Below, one piece after another: positions 59,180 through 64,000 of a stretch of 64,000 bases of DNA. Positions within the stretch are counted from its first letter, which is position 1; each line of letters begins with the position of its first letter. Made by a program: the position numbers and the translations under genes. Location of the stretch: NCBI RefSeq assembly GCF_006345805.1, contig NC_043014.1, positions 19,840,001 through 19,904,000 of the forward strand, written 5' to 3'. Under the pieces are notes generated by a model, which made no database searches, was not told the DNA's origin, and saw only the letters and a list, made by a program, of their open reading frames with translations. Source of the DNA: Octopus sinensis (taxonomy: Eukaryota).

Positions 59180-60164
59180 TATATATATAATATATATATA
59201 TATATATAAAATAATATATATATATATATAATCAGTTATAATAAATATAATTTTATATTTGACTGATGGGTTAGTCTATAATTTTGAAGAGTACAAATTT
59301 ATTATTCTTATACAAGAATATTGCTGATTGTGACTACGAAGCTTCGGCCAGCTGAACGTACATAAATACTTACGTACATACGTATTTATGTATGTATGTA
59401 TGTATGTATGTATGTATGTATGTATGTATGTATGTATGTATGTATGTATTATGTATGTATGCATGTATGTATGTTTCAACACCCACATGAAGATATGTAT
59501 ACAATTTCCCAGGATATGCGTCTGTGTTTCGAGCAGAGATATACATAGTGAAGTTTTCCATATACGTCACGGCTTAATCACAGAAGGACCTATACAATAC
59601 AAAACTACCTTCCTACTCATCCGATGACAAAAATGTGAGCCAGAAACTATCAAAGTTAGCCAAAAAATCGCAAATGACGGTGTTGTGAGCATGCATGGTA
59701 TATCTACATTAATACCATAGCAAAATGGATCCATATCTAGAGAAAAAATTATTGATTCATGCATATGGAGAATATGTTCATATGGTAAATGGAAGGGCTA
59801 CTTGAGATGTAGATTCAGTGCATATCCTTACCCATTCTCTTCGCTGTGTACAAATCCCACAGAATTTAACTTAATCTTTAATATTTCCGAGTCGATGAAT
59901 ACGTTACATATCTAGAACGGTTGTTAATGAAAGCTCAGTCAAGATATTGTGTTTCTTCTCTCCCGGGTTTTATGGTCTAAGTATAAATTCTGCCTAGAAG
60001 CCGGTGGTCAATAGCTATCTCCATTTTATGGGAATATCCAGCCCAGCCTGCACTGGCCAGCGTGAATAGGCAAGACTGCACCAAAAACAGATGAGCCGCC
60101 GATTCCACCTCCATATTTCATCTCCCATCAGATGGATCGTTGCCAAAGAGACCTATTTATCAGT

Positions 60165-60361
60165 CTCAATTTCTGGCACAAAGTAGAGCAATCTCGGGGG
60201 AAGACGCTAGTCGTTTATATCGACTCCAGTGTGTAACTGGTACTCATTTTATCGATACCGAAAGGATGAAAGGTGGTATTTGAACGCTGAGAATAACGAT
60301 GAATGAACTGCCGCTAAGCATTTTTCTCCGCGTGCTAACGGTTCTGCAAGGCCGCCGCCTT
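60165..60361 (-). mobile_element. SINE family B monomer
   Basis: Family motifs present. Confidence 0.75.
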
Positions 60362-60403
60362 AGAGATACTTATTTATTAATTGCACCTTCGTTCAAATTT
60401 ATA

Positions 60404-60672
60404 GGCGTAGAAGTGTCTGTGTGGTAAGTAGCTTGCTTACGAACCACATGGTTCCGGGTTCAGTCCCACTGCGTGGTACCTTCGGCAATTGTCTGCTACT
60501 ATAGCCTAGGGCCGACCAAACCTTGTGATTGGATTTGGCAGACGGAAACTGAAAGAAGCCCGCCTTATATATGTATATATTTGTATATGTGTGTATATGT
60601 TTGTGTGTCTGTATTTGTCCCTCCAACATCGCCTGACAACAGATGCTGGTGTGTTTACGTCCCCGTAACTTC
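60404..60672 (+). mobile_element. SINE family A, 3'-truncated
   Basis: ggcgtagaagtgtctgtgtggtaagtagc head. Confidence 0.88.
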
Positions 60673-61046
60673 AAGACATATTCACAAAATGTTTATTACT
60701 ATTACTATAAGTGTTAATGACTGTGCATGGATGTACGGATGCGTGTATGTTAACCTGAATGTTTCAAACAGTTGTGTGTGTGTGTGTGTATGTGTGCGTG
60801 TGTGTGCGTAAGTGTGTGTGATATTATAATGTAATAGTGATAAAGTTTAATATTCTTCTCGGAATCCGGTAGATTACGTTAGATAAGGAGATAAATAGGT
60901 AGGGTCAATTAATAAACAGACAGAGCTTACGATACCGGATGTTGAATAATAAAACATGGCGGATGGAAGCGATAGTTTGTTGATTTGCAAACTGACTCTT
61001 CGTACAACACTAACGTGTATCGCAGCTACTGCGATGTTTACCGTGA

Positions 61047-61104
<58 letters not shown>

Positions 61105-61143
61105 TATAATATATATATACATACATACATACATACATATATG

Positions 61144-61235
<92 letters not shown>

Positions 61236-62004
61236 ATATATGGATACCAGTCCATGTATAATAGTATTCGTACATGTATATTTACGTCCACGTTAGTATA
61301 TATTTTCCCCTGCCTGCATATGTATGTGGGAACAGAGTAATGTACACATGCATGCGTGTTTGTTTGTGTATATACACATTTCCGTGTGCAGTGCTTGTAT
61401 GTCTGCTCATGGTTTATGATAAAGGAAACAGAGGCGGAAGATGAGGATGAGAAAGAAAGTGAAGATAAGGAAGAAGGTGAGAAGGAGCAAAACAAAAACT
61501 ACACAAAAGCACAGCATGATCTCTAAAGAGATTGTCAGACAGACAGTGGATGATAGTCAGACAGATATTGTGTGGTTCGTAAAGAGAGAGATACGGAGTG
61601 AGAGTGGGAGAGGAGTGGCTAGAAAGGAAGAGAGAGACGCGGACTGACAAATATACATTGATGTGGTAATGCTATAGGCTATATGGTGTATATGTACAAC
61701 CATGTGTTGGTAGATGATATTCTAACTACTGTGAATACCTTTAAGAATAATTAGTGTGTTACGAGTTGAATTACTGCAAACACACACAGGACGCACACAC
61801 AGAGACAAGCACACATACAATAATGCACATACAGTCGAACACATATTGTGTGTGCAGACATTGACATACATATATACATAAAAATCTTGCAAGACAACCG
61901 AGAAGTTGAGACTCGTTTCTGCAATGGATAAAGGCGTTTTCGCTTTAGTGAAGAATTTGAAAAATAGATTCAAAACATAGATGTATATACACATAGACAT
62001 ATAC

Positions 62005-62193
62005 TCTTTTACTTACTTCAGTCATTTGACTGTGGTCATGCTGGAGCACTACCTTTAGTCGAGCCAATAGACCCCAGGACCTTTTATTTGTAAGCCTAGT
62101 ACTTGTTCTATCGGTCTCTTTTGCCGAACTGCTAAGTAACGGGGACGTAAATACACCAGCATCGGTTGTCAAGCGATGTTGGGGGACAAACAC

Positions 62194-62225
<32 letters not shown>

Positions 62226-62398
62226 GCATATATACGACGGGCTTCTTTCAGTTTCCGTCATCCAAATCCACTCATAAGGCTTTGGTCGGTCTGAGGCTAT
62301 AGTAGAAGACACTTGCCCAAGGTGCCACGCAGTGAGACTGAACCCGGAACTATGTGGTGGGTAAGCAAGACACTTACTACACAGCCACTCCTACGCCT
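62005..62398 (-). mobile_element. SINE family A, full length
   Basis: Matches 8263-8671. Confidence 0.9.
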
Positions 62399-62638
62399 AT
62401 ATATTTACACTAAAATTTATACACACTTACATTGAAATAATCAAAAGCATAGACATAGACATACGTAATTACAGTAATGTTTTTATAGCAACAGAATGTG
62501 GAAGTCCTATAAAGGACGATGTTACTGTTGATTTAGTCCCAGGAAAATACCTTTTCAAGCTGGCTATCAAAACACAGCTTGTGTCCGCATAGCATTTCCA
62601 AGTGAGGCTACCGCTCCCACCCCTAGCCTTTCGTGATA

Positions 62639-62682
62639 CACACAGACCTAGTTTTCTAGGTGTTATCTGTCTTCAGTGTGAG
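62639..62682 (-). ncRNA. Mirror-image hammerhead, partly decayed
   Basis: ctcaca-CTGAAGA-cagataacaccta-GAAA-actagGTC-tgtg. Confidence 0.6.
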
Positions 62683-62704
62683 AAAATCACTAGCTTATGG
62701 TTGT

Positions 62705-62748
62705 CTCACGCTGAGGATGGATACCTTCTAGAAACCTAGGTCTGTGAG
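62705..62748 (+). ncRNA. Minimal type-I hammerhead, core intact
   Basis: CTCACG-CTGAGGA-TGGA-tacct-TCTA-GAAA-CCTAGGTC-TGTGAG; 6-bp stem I, palindrome ACCTAGGT, GUC site at 62740-62742. Confidence 0.8.
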
Positions 62749-63503
62749 TATCACGTAAGGCTACAGATGGAAGCGATGACTTCCCTTGCAAATGCTATAC
62801 GGACAGAAACTCTGTGTCAATAGCCAGGAGGAATAGCTGTTTTCTTGGGGTTAAAACAACAGTAACATCGTTCTTTATAGGACTGCCACATTCTGTTGGC
62901 GTATAAATATTACTATTCGGTACTATTGCTCTATTTCTCTCGCTCAGAAATTTAAAACAAGTTGTTTTACTCTATACGTAATTACAGCCATATGAAAAAT
63001 ATTTCCTTCTGAATATCAACTCACATACTCGCTCGGAATGAAGCAAAAACACATACACATATACTCACACACGCGCACTCTCACAAAGTGGCAAACACAC
63101 ACACACACACACATGCACGCACACGTACAGACACTCACACATACACATACATATTATCTGTCGCACGTATATTGTGTATGTGTTTTGCGTATTCGCATAT
63201 TCGCTGCGTCTAGCACGCTGGGAAAACTCCTTAAACGACGCCGAGTGTTTAAGACCACGGAATGTCCCAGACCAGGTGAGACAACTCGCTGGTCTGGGAC
63301 GTATATATAGATAGTGTACATTCCTTTTGCTGATGTGCAGCGGCGTAGTTCGTGGAAAGGAAACTTAAATTACGAATTAAAAGCAGCTCTCACAATGTAG
63401 ACATTATCGATCACACATATATAGCGTAGGTGTTTCGTTAATACGCCTATTTGCTGCGGATAGCGTCCTAGGAAAGTTTCGTTTCGAGGTGTTTCGACGA
63501 CAT

Positions 63504-63542
63504 GGTACCGATGAGCCACGATAATGGCGAAATTTATCATTC
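63504..63542 (+). ncRNA. Candidate hammerhead core
   Basis: CCGATGA-GCCA-cgataa-TGGC-GAAA-tttatc; perfect stem II, poor stem I. Confidence 0.4.
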
Positions 63543-63774
63543 TCGATCATTCTCATTTAACATATTTATCATTCTCGATCATTTCCTTTCGAGTTGGAGC
63601 ATTCAGAATTCCTTAACATTCAGCGTCGTGCAGGGAGCTTCTCCAGGACGCTATCCTGGAACAAATAGACGTATAATCTAAACATATACACTATGCAGAG
63701 CGACCGGATAATGTTTACATTATGAGAACTGCTTTTAATTCGTAATGTATATTGTATATATATATATATATACA

Positions 63775-63822
<48 letters not shown>

Positions 63823-64000
63823 GTAGATCATGGTTTGTCGAGTTACGTAGTTATATATTAGTCAATCAGATTTCAACCTACTAGACTCCTGTTTTCGCAA
63901 TTTATTTCTGTATTTTCACAATTTGACACTATAATGTGTTACAATATTACAAGTAGTTTCATGTTTTATATCAAGCTTTAGGTAGATGTTTATATGGAAG

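Larger units (their letters stand above)
62475..62973 (+). mobile_element. Fold-back hammerhead element with 14-bp TSD
   Basis: ~220-bp inverted arms centred ~62692; TSD ATACGTAATTACAG at 62461-62474 and 62974-62987. Confidence 0.88.

Noticed and set aside
59621-59655. CCGATGA...GAAACTATC
   Set aside because: Intervening sequence cannot form stem II

Overview
AT-rich, microsatellite-saturated animal genomic DNA. It is most likely an octopus (coleoid cephalopod), inferred from recognisable tRNA-derived SINE families. No host protein-coding gene can be supported; most listed ORFs are translations of microsatellites. The recognisable coding remnants are one full-length decayed Tc1 (DD34E) transposon, two near full-length decayed R4/Dong-clade LINEs in (AAT)n tracts, and two smaller Dong fragments. 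About 30 SINE copies from several families are present. The most interesting signal is a set of about 10 minimal type-I hammerhead ribozyme motifs (CUGANGA...GAAA-palindrome-UH) in short non-coding, often fold-back elements of several families. These include a 321-bp monomer with a terminal direct repeat (40.1-40.5 kb), a double-hammerhead fold-back with a 14-bp TSD (62.5-63.0 kb), and a tRNA-head plus hammerhead element with an 11-bp TSD split by a Dong LINE (44.4-48.8 kb). Together they resemble a Penelope-dependent, retrozyme-like system. All alignments and folds were done by eye, and repeat boundaries are approximate.
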